A DNA stretch of 64,000 nucleotides from NCBI GenBank assembly GCA_030390025.1, contig JASTWF010000345.1:1-64000 (forward strand), in the 5' to 3' direction. Made by a program: the position numbers and the translations under genes. Under the pieces are notes generated by a model. The model did not search any database. It was not told where the DNA came from and saw only the letters and a list, made by a program, of their open reading frames with translations. The DNA is from Squalus acanthias (Eukaryota). How positions within the stretch are numbered: position 1 is the stretch's first letter; every line of letters starts with the position of its first letter. Positions 35,659 through 48,010 of this stretch are shown piece by piece.

Positions 35659-36918
35659 AGAAACATAGAAACATAGAAAAATAGGAGCAGGAGTAGGCCA
35701 TTGAGCCCTTAGAGCCTGCTACGCCATTCAATATGATCATGGCTGATCCTCTATCTCAATACCATATTCCCGCTCTCTCCCCATACCCCTTGATGCCTTT
35801 TGTGTCTAGAAATCTATCTATCTCCTTCTTAAATATATTCAGTGACTTGGCCTCCACAGCCTTCTGTGGTAGAGAATTCCACAGGTACACCACCTTCTGA
35901 GTGAAGACATTTCTCCTCATCTCAGTCCTAAATGTCCTACCCCGTATCCTGAGACTGTGACCCCTCGTTCTAGACCCCCCAGCCAGGGGAAACATCCTCC
36001 CTGCATCCAGTCTGTCTAGCCCTGTCAGAATTTTATATGTTTCAATGAGATCCCCTCTCATTCTTCTAAACTCTAGGCCTAGTCGACCCAATTTCTCCTC
36101 ATACGACAGTCCTGCCATCCCAGGAATCAGCCTGGTGAACCTTCGCTGCACTCCCTCTATGGCAAGTATATCCTTTCTTAGGTAAGGAGACCAAAACTGC
36201 ACACAGTACTCCAGGTGTGGTCTCACCAAGGCCCTGTATAACTGTAGTAAGACATCCTTGCTCCTGTACTCAAATCCTCTTGCAATGAAGGGCAACATAC
36301 CATTTGCCTTCATAATTGCCTGCTGCACCTGCATGTTTGCTTTCAGTGACTGGCATATAAGGACACCCAGGTCCCTTTGTACATTAACATTTCCCAATCT
36401 ATCAACATTTAAATAATATTCTGCCTTTCTGTTTTTTCTACCGAAGTGGATAACTTCACATTTATCCACATTATACTGCATCTGCCATGTATTTGCCCAC
36501 TCACTCAACTTGTCTAAATCGCCTTGAAGCCTCTTTGCATCCTCCTGACAACTCACAATCCCACCTAGTTTCGTGTCGTCAGCAAACTTGGAAATATTAC
36601 AGTTGGTTCCCTCATCCAAATCATTGATATATATTGTGAATAGCTGGGACCCAAGCACTGATCCCTGCAGTACCCCACTAGTCACCGCCTGCCACCCCGA
36701 AAAAGACCCATTTATTCCTACTCTCTGTTTCCTGTCTGTTAACCAATTTTCAATCCATGCCAGTATATTACCCCCAATCCCATGTGCTTTAATTTTGCAC
36801 ACTAACCTCTTATGTGGGACTTTATCAAAGGCCTTCTGAAAATCCAAATACACCACATCCACTGGTTCTCCCTTATCTATTCTACCAGTTACATCCTCAA
36901 AAAACTCCAGTAGGTTTG
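35659..36918 (-). mobile_element. CR1 LINE 3' part (368-aa open RT frame), nested in an older CR1
   Basis: RT motifs; TTTCTATG tail. Confidence 0.92.
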
Positions 36919-37990
36919 TGTATTATACTTATGTATTTATAAAACATCTTTGGGTTTTCCTTGATTTTACTTGCCTATATTTTTTCATGCCCTCTCTTTG
37001 CTTTCCTAATTTGCTTTTTAATTTCACCCCTGCACTTTTTATACTCCTCTAGGGTTTCTGCAGTATTTAGCTCTCGGTATCTGACATAAGCTTCCCTTTT
37101 TTGCTTTATCCTACCCTGTATGCCCCTTGATGTCCAGGGAGCTCCAGATTTGGGAGTCCCGCCTTTTTTCTTTGTGGGAACATATTTGCTCTGAACTCTC
37201 ACTATCTCCTCATTGAATGCCTTCCACTGCTTTGACACTGATTTACCTTCAAATAGCTGTTTCAAGTCCACTTTTGCTAAATCATATCTCAGCTAAGTAA
37301 AATTGGCCATTCTCCAATCGAGAACTTTTATTCCTGATCTATCTTTGTCCTTTTCCATAACTACACTAAATCCTACTGAATTATGGTCACTACCACCAAA
37401 ATGCTCTCCCACTGATACCCCTTCCACCTGCCCAGCTTCATTCCCTAAAACTAAGTCCAGAACCGCCCCCTCTCTTGTACAGGTCCCACCTCCCCCAGAA
37501 CTGGTCCCAGTGCCTCAGGAATCTAAAGTCCTTCCTCCTGCACCATCTCTCCAGCCACGCATTCATCTGCTCTATCCTCCTATTTCTGTACTCACTAGTG
37601 CGTGGCACCAGGAGTAATCCTGAGATTACTACCTTTGAGGTCCTGCTTATTAATCTCTTTCCTAGCTCCCTAAAATCTGCCTGCCTGTACTGATATGGAC
37701 CACGACCTCTGGTTGTTCACCCTCCCCCCTCAGAATGTCCTGCAGCCGCTCAGTGGCATCCTTGACCCTGGCACCAGGGAGGCAACGTACCATCTTGGAC
37801 TCACGCCTGCGGCCACAGAAACACCTGTCCGTTCTCCTAACTATTGAATCTCCTATCACTATTGCTTTTCTGACCTTCCTCCTCCACTTCCTTGTACAGT
37901 TGAGCCATCCCTGGTGCCGTGGACTTGTCTCTGGCTGTACTCCCCAGAGGAACCATCGCCCTCAACTGTGTTCAGAACAGAATATCGGTT
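36919..37990 (-). mobile_element. Older CR1: ORF2 linker/endonuclease remnant and ORF1 SGNH-esterase remnant
   Basis: IGDSIVR...CLPGARV...VVVHI (CR1 ORF1 esterase motifs). Confidence 0.8.
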
Positions 37991-38385
37991 AGAGAGCGAG
38001 ATGCAGGATTTGGAAGAGCACGGAGATCTCGGAGGGTTGTAGGGCTGGAGGAGGTTAAAGAGATAGGGAGGGGTGAGGCCATGGAGGGATTTGAAATCAA
38101 GGATGAGAATTTTAAAATCGAGGTGTTGCTGATCGGGAGCCAATGTATATCAGCAAGCACAGGGGTGATGGGTGAACAGGACTTGGTGCGATTTAGGACA
38201 CGGGCGACAGAATTTTGGATGAGCTCAAGTTTATAGAGGGTGCAAGGTGGGATACCGACCAGGATAGCGTTGGAATAGTCAAGTCTAGAGGAAACAAAGA
38301 CATGGATGACAGTTTCAACAGCAGATGAGCTGAGGCAGGTGCGGAGACTGGCGATGTTGTGGAGGTGGAAGCAGAAAGTCAAGAT
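37990..38385 (-). mobile_element. L2 LINE fragment
   Basis: FVSSRLDYSN, LELIQNSVAR, ITPVLADIHWLPI. Confidence 0.85.
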
Positions 38386-38397
38386 CTATCCCAAGTG

Positions 38398-38548
38398 GGG
38401 GGTGAAATTGATCTTGGGCGGTAGCACAGAATGGTCAATAACGAATTAGCAGCCCATTCAATGAAAAGAAAATGGGGCGCTGTGTAAAATGAGCTGCTGA
38501 TTCGCTATCACCTGCTTTGCACTAACGCTCAAGACTAATTTCACCCCC
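38398..38548. mobile_element. Short hairpin MITE (~150 bp)
   Basis: ~60-bp imperfect TIRs starting GGGGGTGAAATT. Confidence 0.7.
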
Positions 38549-38554
38549 AAAGTT

Positions 38555-38780
38555 TCAGAAGAGCAGTGGAATCGTCCTGGTTAACTATTATCCCTCAACC
38601 AATGCCACTAAAAACAAAATATCTGGTCATTTATGTCAGTGTTGTTTGTGGGACCTTGCTGTGTGTAATTTGGCTGCCACGTTTCCCTACATTACAACAG
38701 TGACACACTTCATTGGCTGTGAAGTGCTTTGGGACATCCTGAGGTTGTGAAAGGTGCTATATAAATTCAAGTTCTTTCTT
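38555..38780 (+). mobile_element. Deu-domain SINE 3' half
   Basis: Matches ~1280-1522. Confidence 0.75.
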
Positions 38781-40847
38781 TTCTAAAGTTAGAGAAAACA
38801 GCAGGAAATATTGGAGGTTCTTCCTCTTTTTGTATACTTTTAATTAAAATATTGTTCAATTCTGATTTATTGATGTTTTTAGAAAGTGCAATTTCTAGAG
38901 TATGATGCCTAACAGCTTGGATGGGCATGATGAGGACATATTTCTTCCCAAGGTTTAGGAGTGAAGTTGGCTTCACTTCATAATAGTTCCTTTCAGTTCA
39001 AAATTTCTCGATATGAGGGAGTCAGAGCTGCAAACTCACAGAACTGTATTTGAAATAAATGCAATTGTTCCTTTCTCTTTTTGGTTTATTTTTTGATTGA
39101 CTGATTTTTATTCACCCCCGTCTATAAAAGTCTGCAGATTTCGTTACATATATTGAAAGCGGTTCACCACCACCTTCTCAAGGGCAATTAGGGTTGGGCA
39201 ATAAATGCTGGCTTTACCCGCGATGCCCACATCCCATGAACGAACAAAAAAAATATTCCTTGACTTTATTGGTCGACCTTGTGCAGGTTGACACTAGGCT
39301 GATCCCTAGTGTCAGAGGTTTGAGTCAGAGGTAGTAAACGGTATAGAAAAAGTAAAACTGACCTACCATTTCAAGTTAAGTTGTGATACTAGAACAAGGA
39401 GACATAGATTCAAACTGGTGAAAGGCAAATTCAGTCTGATGTCAGGATGTTTTTCTTCAAGCAAGAAGTGATTAAAAACTTGAAATGGACTTTAGGGTAA
39501 CATAGGGTAGTAACAACAAAAACACTGGAAACGTTTTAAGAGGCAGTTGGATGGTGGGAGGGAGGAACTGAAATGGATGAGCTAATCTAGCCTTCCTCAT
39601 CCATATTTTGCAATCTTCTTTGATCATAGCCTGCAACAGAAAGATTGAAAAATTCTCCAACGGAAGCTCCAGCTTCACAGAAAATGCTCCAGGTTTCCGC
39701 AGATGGACATGTGCTTCAGGGTTAGGCTTTTGGGTGCTCTGAACTCCAGGGTTTTTCCGAATATCAAAAAATATCCCAAATCTATGTTTCTCTCTCACTT
39801 TGAGTGACTCTCTGATCAATATTCCAGGCCTCTTCTGACAGATGTATCAGACTGCCCAGTTGATGTGAAATATTTCCCTAGCAAACTGTTTGGATGTGAT
39901 AGATTGCCCATACTTCAAAATACATCATTATTCTGGCACAGCAACCTTGTAACCACAATCCTATAACGTTACTAAAATTACTCATGATTTTGTAATATTC
40001 TAATAAGTAAGGCTTTTCCTTTTCTCTTCAAGGGAAGAACTTTGATGAAGAACAACAGAACATTTCCAATCCAAGATGTTATAAATACCTTTTGCCTGAC
40101 CATTTTAAACAGATCGTAGCCTGGTTTATACTCAATACTGCTACAGGATATAGAGAAGCGAACTACATCAAGTTGGAAGGTTGGGCCTGTAAAAGACTTA
40201 CTTGTTGTTAAACATTACGAATTTACAAACAGGTGGAAACTCTCAAGTTTCCTCTCACATTTCCTGTGTTGCCCATTATTCGTCGGGTTTAGTGAAAGGT
40301 TTTGAAGCACTCAGAGCGGGACAATGTTTACCACAGTTTAGGAGGGAATGAGAGCTTTTGACTCCCTACAAGAAACAACCATTTTACCCATACATAGTAC
40401 TGAAGGGAAACTTTACAATAGAAAAGTAAACCAGGATAACATGTTCCATAGTGGTGAAATTGATTGTGTGAGAGGAACTGGCTCTCTTCTGACAGATGAA
40501 GCAGGTTCCCCAGTTGATATGAAATATTTCCCGAGCAGATGGTCTGGACATGATAAATTGGCTGCACATCAAAACACATCATCATTTCCTACATCCCATC
40601 CACACAATGGTTTCTGGGCGATTGCAGGGCCAAAAAATGATTGGCCTGTTCATCTAGCTGCTTGAGTGTCTTACACTCTTAAAAGACTGAGATCAGTTAA
40701 CTCTGCACAGACTGGGGATAAAACCTGTGATCATTGTATACATCTGTGACATAAAATAACCTGATTTGATGATTATTTATTGGATTCCTGCTTGCCAAGT
40801 CTTGCTAGGCTCAGTGGTAGCACTCTCACTTCTCAGTTAGAAGGTTC

Positions 40848-41080
40848 ATTGGCTCCCGGTTCAGCAACGCCTCGATTTAAAAATTCTCATCCTTGTTTTC
40901 AAATCCCTCCATGGCCTCGCCCTCCCTATCTCTGTAATCTCCTCCAGCCCCACAACCCTCTGAAATATCTACGCTCCTCTAATTCTGGTCTCTTGCGTAT
41001 CCCCGATTTTAATCGCGCCACCATTGGTGGCTGTGCCTTTAGCTGCCAAAGCCCTAAGTTCTGGAATTTCCCCCTAAACC
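40848..41080 (+). mobile_element. L2 LINE fragment
   Basis: Homologous to 37990-38130 (HWLP...FKSLHGL..PYL). Confidence 0.75.
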
Positions 41081-41111
41081 TTCAGAGGAGGAGGAGCAGG
41101 AGCAGGACCAC

Positions 41112-41612
41112 TTGCCTGGATGAGCGCAGCTCCAACAACACTCAAGAAGCGCAACACCATCCAGGACAAAGCAGCCCGCTTGATTGGCACCCCATCCACC
41201 ACCTTAAACATTCACTCCCTCCACCACCGGCGTACCGTGGCTGCAGTGTGTACCATCTACAAGATGCACTGCAGCAACTCGCCAAGGCTTCTTCGACAGC
41301 ACCTCCCAAACCCGCAAACTCTTCCACCTAGAAGGACAAGGGCAACAGACGCATGGGAACACCACCACCTGCAAGTTCCCCTCCAAGTTACACACCATCC
41401 TGACTTGGAAATATATCACCGTTCCTTCATCGTCGCTAGGTCAAAATTCTGGAACTCCCTCCCTAACAGCACTGTGGGAGTACCTTCACCACACAGACTG
41501 CAGCGGTTCAAGAAGGCGGCTCACCACCACCTTCTCAAGGGCAATTAGGGATGGGCAATAAATGCTGGCCTTGCCAGCGACGCCCACATTCCATGAACGA
41601 ATATTTAAAAAA
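41112..41612 (+). mobile_element. Non-LTR retrotransposon 3' end (CR1/Zenon-like; clade uncertain)
   Basis: IQDKAARLI..SLHHRRTVAA, WNSLP; tail also at ~39160-39252. Confidence 0.7.
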
Positions 41613-44193
41613 AGGAAGAGAAGGAGGAGCATCAGCTGGAAGACGAGGAGGAGCAGGAGCTGGAGGAACCAGTGGCCCAGATGCCACCAGCACCCGAATA
41701 CATTGCTGCCCGGGAGGCCAGGGATGGCCTCACCATGGCCAAATTTGCTTAACTTTATGCAGTACACCTTTATGGCTGCCACATGCTGCGCCAGGTTGGC
41801 ATCACCCCACAGCAACACCATAAAGCATCTCTACAATGACCAAGCCATTCCTTTCACACTGACCACCATTGCTGGAGGTACCGTTATGTCTCACCATTCA
41901 CTACAACTCACTAAGCCACTTCCAAAGGTGCACACAAATTTGTCCAAGACAGGAAAGTGGTGAAAATAAAGATTTTTCTGGTTGACATCACATTATCGGA
42001 AACTTGACATTAACATTGAATGAAACACCCAAGTGGCGACCCTTGTGAATCTACTTGTGTGTCATCTTTCTCTTACACGTGCTTCAACAAGGTGCTACCC
42101 CTGTGGCTTCAGCAGTGGTAGAGGCAGCCTATTCACTCCCCTGCTGCGACTGCTTCGACATTCTTGGCGGATGTCCTCTGGGTCTTGGAGCCTGTGATGG
42201 CCTAGCCAAAGTCTGCTCCTCCTGCGACTGTGCTGGGGCAGACACGGCCATCGTGATCCGAGGAGCTATCTGGGGCTCTGACTGAGGGGGTGGCAACAGA
42301 GGAGAAGTGTAAGCACTTTGAGAGGAGCCCACACTTCCATGTCTTCTCTCACTGTCATCCCTCTCATGCGCCACCCACACTTCCCTGCTAGCAAGGAGCT
42401 TGGAGAGCACCTTGCTGCACAGCAGTGGGGCCATGAGGACTCATGTCTACGCTGACATCCCTCCAAGACAGGAGGTCTATGAGACTCTGCCATCTATGCT
42501 TCATAGATAGTCATCTATTCTCCATAGAGACCATGTGCTACTGTGAGTGGCGTATTAGCTGCTCCATGCAGGTGGCCATCCTATCCATGGAAGAGCCTAC
42601 AGTTGCCATCACCTGCAACACGCTGGTGCTCATGTTGGAGATAGACTCCTCCATTCTCTGAACATTTGCAGACATCGTGGTCGTAAAACCTGTCACAGCC
42701 TCCTGCACTGTTGAACAGAGCTGGGAGCGTCCTGCGCCCTCTACTTCTGTCCCTGTCTCACCATCTGCTCTTGCTCACTTGTGACTTGTGACAGACCCGG
42801 TGACAACACTACTCTATCTCGCGTGGGACCCACCAAGGTGTGCGTCTCTGTGCTGGTGCTGGGTGCGCTCATGTCTGGTGACGCTGCACCCTCAGAGGCT
42901 GGAGGCTCCTCTGAGGAGTCGTCTTCCTCTTCCTCCTGGACATGGGTGGGGGGGTGGTGGCGCTCTTGATGGACCTGTGGGGAGAGTAAAGAGATGAGTT
43001 AGATATACCATATAAAGAATGGGTACAGATGCCATTATGCACATGATGACTATTCAGTGGCTGATGACATCAGTCCCCATATGAGTGGCTGATGACATCA
43101 GTCCCCATATGAGTGACTGCTGTATGCCATGTGGTTGTATGAGATGTAATTCTGTCACCAGGTTGCTGAGATGTCTCCCACTCTCCGTCTCCCACCTCCA
43201 GTTGTTCAGCCACTCCCGATACTTCTAACGCAGCCTCCTCTGCTGTTGTGAGGGTGGTAAATGATGGAGGCCTACCTCCAGTTCTCTCCCTCTCCCTCTT
43301 ATTGTGGGCTCTCTTCTCCTGCAAGGAGGGAAAGAAGAGAAGGTTGAGCGAGAGTGATGGAATGAGTGTAAGGAATGGATGGGTTACATCTTTAGAGGCA
43401 GACTATGATGGATTGGGGTGGCAATGCCAAGTGGCCTCCTTGTGTGTTGTTAGTTGGTATGATTGCATTAGGATGAGGGTGAGTGTGAGGGGTGGCTAAT
43501 AAGATGGAGATGTCATAATGTAGATAGAGAGAGGGGTGGGTGGACGTGCAAGGTATGTTGGTGTGAGTAAGGATGTGCAGGAGTAGGGTTGGGAAGGCAG
43601 AGTGATGGGGATGTGATGAGAGGCACAGCAGGATGAAGTTGAGTGTGGCTTTGTACTCACCTTTCCTGATCTAATGAGATCATTGAAATGTTTCCGTCAC
43701 TGCAGCCAGGTCCTCTGAACACATCCCTGCTGTTGACCTCCTCTGCAATTTGGAGCCAGGCTCTTATTGTCTCCTGGGGAGGTCTCTTCCACCCATTCGA
43801 AGGGAAGAGGACCTCCCTGCATGTTATGAATCCCTCCACAAGCATATGGAGGGAGTCATCGGAGAACCTGGGTGCAGCCCTCTGCCTCTGTGCAGCTATC
43901 TCTCCAAATGTTTGGAGCAATCAAAGCCTCCAGTGCAGTGACTGCACACTCCAAGATGAACATTCAAATGCAATGTAGCCATGGCTCCTTTAAATAACCC
44001 GACTGAAAACACGTCATCGATGATGTCATCAGACCAACACCATTTAATAGGGCTGGGTAATGCGCAGGGTGGGCTTAATAGGCCCCATTAGCGCAAAGTC
44101 AATTTCTGCAGCGGAATGGAAGCAACAACAGGGTCGCGACCCACCACACTGACCGCCCACACCCGACCCGCCCAGGTAAAGAAAATTCTGGTC
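41613..44193 (-). mobile_element. Degenerate Harbinger: spliced Myb/SANT gene (-) and transposase C-terminal remnant (+)
   Basis: AAPRFSDDSLHMLV..REVLFP..AWLQIAEEV; exon 2 EKRAHNKRERERTGG; GTGAGT donor at 43660; terminus AAAATTCTGGTC. Confidence 0.75.
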
Positions 44194-44197
44194 AAAG

Positions 44198-45770
44198 AGT
44201 TAACATGCAGGTACAGCAAGCAATTAGGAAAGCAAATGGCATGTTAGCCTTTATTGCAAGCGGGTTGGAGTATAAGAGTAAGGAAGTTTTCCTACAATTG
44301 TACAGGGCCTTGGTGAGACCACACCTGGAGTACTGTGCATAGTTTTGGTTTCCTTATCTGACGAAGGATATACTTGCCTTAGAGGTGGTGAAACAAAGGT
44401 TCACTAGATTGGTCCCTGGGATGAGAGAGTTGTCCTATGAGGAGAGATTGAGTAGATTGGGCCTATACTCTCTGGAGTTTAGAAGAATGAGAGATGATCT
44501 CATTGAAACATATAGGGGTAGAAATTAGGTCGCGCCCCATTTGGGGCGCAAATATCGTCCGGACGCAAATATTAGCGCCTGGCGCTAATTATCGGCACTG
44601 ACGGGAAACTTCACTTTTACCGCCCCGGGAGGTGAGTGGAGCGCTAAAGCAGGCGCTGCACACCTCTCTTAAGGCGCAAAGGCCGAGCAGTGAGGCGCTA
44701 ACTCGGAGCGTTGGCGAAGCTCATGTAATGTCAGTCAGCAATGGAACACACACACAATGGCACGGGCCAGTTCTTAAAGGGGATGGTTAATCTTGCTTTC
44801 CATCCACATCCTGTTCATTGCTGCCTTGAATCTCGGCCTGGAGAGACTTGCACATCAAATGTGCTGGAAAGAACAATGGAGAGCACCAGGCAAAGAGCTC
44901 AGAGTGCAGCTCCCACGGTCTCTGCTAAATCGATACAAGAAATGGCAAATCAAAATGAACCTGCAAAGTGCTGCTCAGTACCCAAAACTCCTTCACACAA
45001 CGTTGAATCTCTCCAGAAGTCTCTCCCTCTCTCTCTCAGAATGCGTAGTTCAAAAATGCCACCAACAATAAAAGACTGGAAGAGGCCCCCTTTAAATAGC
45101 GCCCCCCCCAGCCCCACAGCGATTGATAGCGTTCCAGTCTTCTGGTCGTTGGAAGCGCCAGGCGGTAAGGCAGGGGGCGCCACTCAATTTCCGCTACGGG
45201 GCGCCCCAAGGGCATTGCACCATGGAATGACGTCACAATCTGCGCGCGCAGGTGGTCGCAGCGGTAAGTTTTAGCACCGCCGCACAATTTCAAGTTAAGT
45301 TCTCGAGCGGCGCAAACATCGCTGCGCCCGGGCGTTAGCGGCTTTGCGCCCCATTAGCGCCCTCTTAAGGCGCTAACGGGTGGCGCAACCAAGTGAATTT
45401 TTACCCCATAGGATTCTGAGGGGAATTGACAGGGTAGATGCTGAGAGACTATTTTCCCTGGCTGGAATGTCTAGAACTCGGGGGCATAGTCTCAGGATAA
45501 ATGGTTGACCATATAAGACTGAGATGAGGAGCAATTTCTTCACTCAGAGGGTTGTGAATCTTTGGAATTCTCTACCCCAAAGGGCTGTGAATGCTCAGTC
45601 ATTGAGTTTATTCAAGGCTGAGATAGATTGGACTCTAGGGGAATCAAGGGATATGGAGATCGGGCGGGAAAGTGGAGTTGAGGTCAAAGATAAGCCATGA
45701 TCTTATTGAATGATGGAGTACAGTCGAGGGGTCGTATGGCCTACTCCTGCTCCTAATTCCTATGTCCTTA
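44198..45770 (+). mobile_element. CR1 LINE 3' part, split by a MITE
   Basis: CR1 RT C-terminus and 3' UTR contiguous across 44515-45407. Confidence 0.9.
44515..45407. mobile_element. Non-autonomous Harbinger (893 bp), cognate of 18639-22814
   Basis: Identical TIRs; ATA TSD; ~190 bp left and ~330 bp right nearly identical to the full element. Confidence 0.95.
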
Positions 45771-45871
45771 TAGCTGTCTGGTCAATTGTTAATTTCCTGC
45801 AATCACAGGTTCATCAAAATGCTTGGAACACAACAATGGGTTTCTCTGGGCAAAGTCCTTGAGGACAGTAA

Positions 45872-46085
45872 TCGGGAGTGGAGATTGGCCCTGCGATCGA
45901 GAATGGAGAGAGGCCCGGGATCGGGAGTGGAGAGAGGCCCGGGATCGGGAGTGGAGAGAGGCCCGGGTTCGGGAGTGGAGAGAGGCCCGGGATCGGGAGT
46001 GGAGAGAGGCCCGGGATCGGGAGTGGAGAGAGGCCCGGGATCGGGAGTGGAGAGAGGCCCGGGATCGGGAGTGGGAAGAGGCCCG
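45872..46085. repeat. 24-bp G-rich minisatellite, ~7.5 near-perfect plus degenerate copies
   Basis: Unit GGAGAGAGGCCCGGGATCGGGAGT. Confidence 0.95.
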
Positions 46086-47149
46086 TGATATGTTGATAAA
46101 CATGTTAATTAAGCATTCCACCTCTCTACGGCGGGATACTCAGACTCCTTGACATCCACTGCCATAAGAAAGGCGAAGGGGTTGTGTGCGGCGGGTTGGA
46201 GTCGTGTTCTGTGTATTTCACTTTTTATCACCCCCCCGACCCTCTTCCACCCATCGGGGGAGGGTGGGGGGGGAGGGGTTAGTATCAAAGCCAAAATGTC
46301 TGAATGTTTCCAACAATCCTCCTATGAGACATCTTATTGAATGCCTTCTGAAAATTCTTACATGCAACATAAGAAATAGGAGCAGGAGTAGGCCATTACT
46401 GCATTCCCTTCATGTGTACAAACTGCCATTTCTTCAACTATGACTTGCCTTTAACAAATCCGTGTTAATTGTCTTTGATTATTTCACACATTTATAAGTG
46501 CTCAATAATTTGTATGCTGTGCATTTTCCCTGCTGTTCCATCCCAAATCGGGTGGGATAGCAGTGGAACCATTGGGAAAATGGGATGATGAGGACTACCG
46601 CTGCCTTGACCTACATTTTCCTCCAGCTTGACCTGCTGGTATGGGCGGCAGCTACCCCAACCCCACCAGCCACATCAACATTATGTCGGGGATGGTGGCG
46701 TGGCCTGGCAAGCTGCCCTATTTCCTTAGCTCTGTCACTGTTCTGCTGCCCCCAGAGACCAGCTCCCTGGGGTAGCGGCAGTATGCACCAGGCAACGCCC
46801 TTTTAGAGGGAGAAGGCACATCCCTCCAGTTAGACTGCTTATGCCTGCCTTCGTTAGGCTTCGGCTCACTCTTATTAAAGTGTCCCTCTGACTTCCTTTA
46901 AGATATCCTCTGCTTCTTGCTGAATTTCCCTTGTTGGCAGCAGTGAGCTCCTGCTCGCTGATGATGATTTCCCTAGGAGCCTTGCCTTCATTCATAACTT
47001 GGGAAAGTGGGTTGAGGTCATAGCAGGGGTCAGGGTGGCAGCTAGAAATCCCACTCGACTTTCCTGGACTGGGAAAAGGAAAATCCAGGCTTATGAGTTT
47101 GCCCAAAACTGATGTTAGACTAACTGGTCTACAGTCCACAGTTACTCCG

Positions 47150-48010
47150 TTTATCCTGCCGGAGATGAAAGGGTTGTCTTATGAAGAAAGGTTGAGCAGG
47201 TTGGGCTTATACTCATTGGAGTTTGGAAGAATGAGAGGGGATCTTATTGAAACATAGAAACTAGGAGCAGGAGTAGGCCATTCGGCCCGTCGAGCCTGCT
47301 CCACCATTCAATACGATCATGGCTGATCATCCAAATGCAGTACCCTGTCCCTGCTTTCTCACACAGAATCCCCATCGAGCCTGCACCAACACATATCCCA
47401 CCCTATCCCCGTAACCCCACATATTTAATCCCCCCCTAACACTAAGGGTCAATTTATCATAGCCAAATCAACCTAATCCGCACATTTTTGGACTGTGGGA
47501 GGAAACCGGAGCACCCAAAGGAAACCCACGCAGACACGGGGAGAATGTGCAACTCCACACAGACAGTCACCCGAGGCCAGATTCAAACCCGGGTCCCTGG
47601 CGCTGTGAGGCACCAGTGCTAACCACTATGCCACCGTGTTGCATGTAAGATTCTGAAGGGGCTTGACAGGGTGGATGCAGGGAAGGTGTTTCCCCTCGTG
47701 GAGAACTAGGAGGCATAATTTCAGAATAAATTTCATTTAAAACGGAAATGAGGAGGAATTTCTTCTCAGAGGGTCGTGAATCTTTGGAATTCTCTTCCCC
47801 AGAGAGCTGTGGAGGCTGGGTCATTGAATATATTTAAGGTGGAGATAGACAGATTTTTGAAAGGTAAGGGAGTCAAAGGTTATGGGGAGCGGGCAGGGAA
47901 GTGGAGTTGAGGCCAAGATCAGATCAGCCATGATCTTATTGAATGGCGGAGCAGGCTCGAGGGGCCAAATGACCTACTCCTGCTCCTATGTCTTATGTGC
48001 TTATGTTCTT
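47150..48010 (+). mobile_element. CR1 3' fragment interrupted by a minus-strand CR1 tail and HE1 SINE
   Basis: LSYEERLSRLGLYSLE; TTCTTATG-type tail. Confidence 0.8.
47365..47640 (-). mobile_element. HE1-type (V-domain) tRNA SINE
   Basis: GGTGGCATAGTGGTTAGC A-box; V-domain GTGGAGTTGCACATTCTCCCCGTGTCTGCGTGGGTTTCC...CCTCCCACAGTCC. Confidence 0.85.

Noticed and set aside
40032..40210. Possible coding exon after a strong acceptor (KNFDEEQQNIS...)
   Set aside because: No recognisable homology and no clear donor; cannot be supported without RNA or homology data
39828..40590. Pair of C/D-box snoRNAs on the minus strand
   Set aside because: Box C-like and box D motifs are not both present in both copies; no terminal stem
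45786..46152. ORFs with ERGPGSGV / REWREARD repeats
   Set aside because: Products of the 24-bp minisatellite
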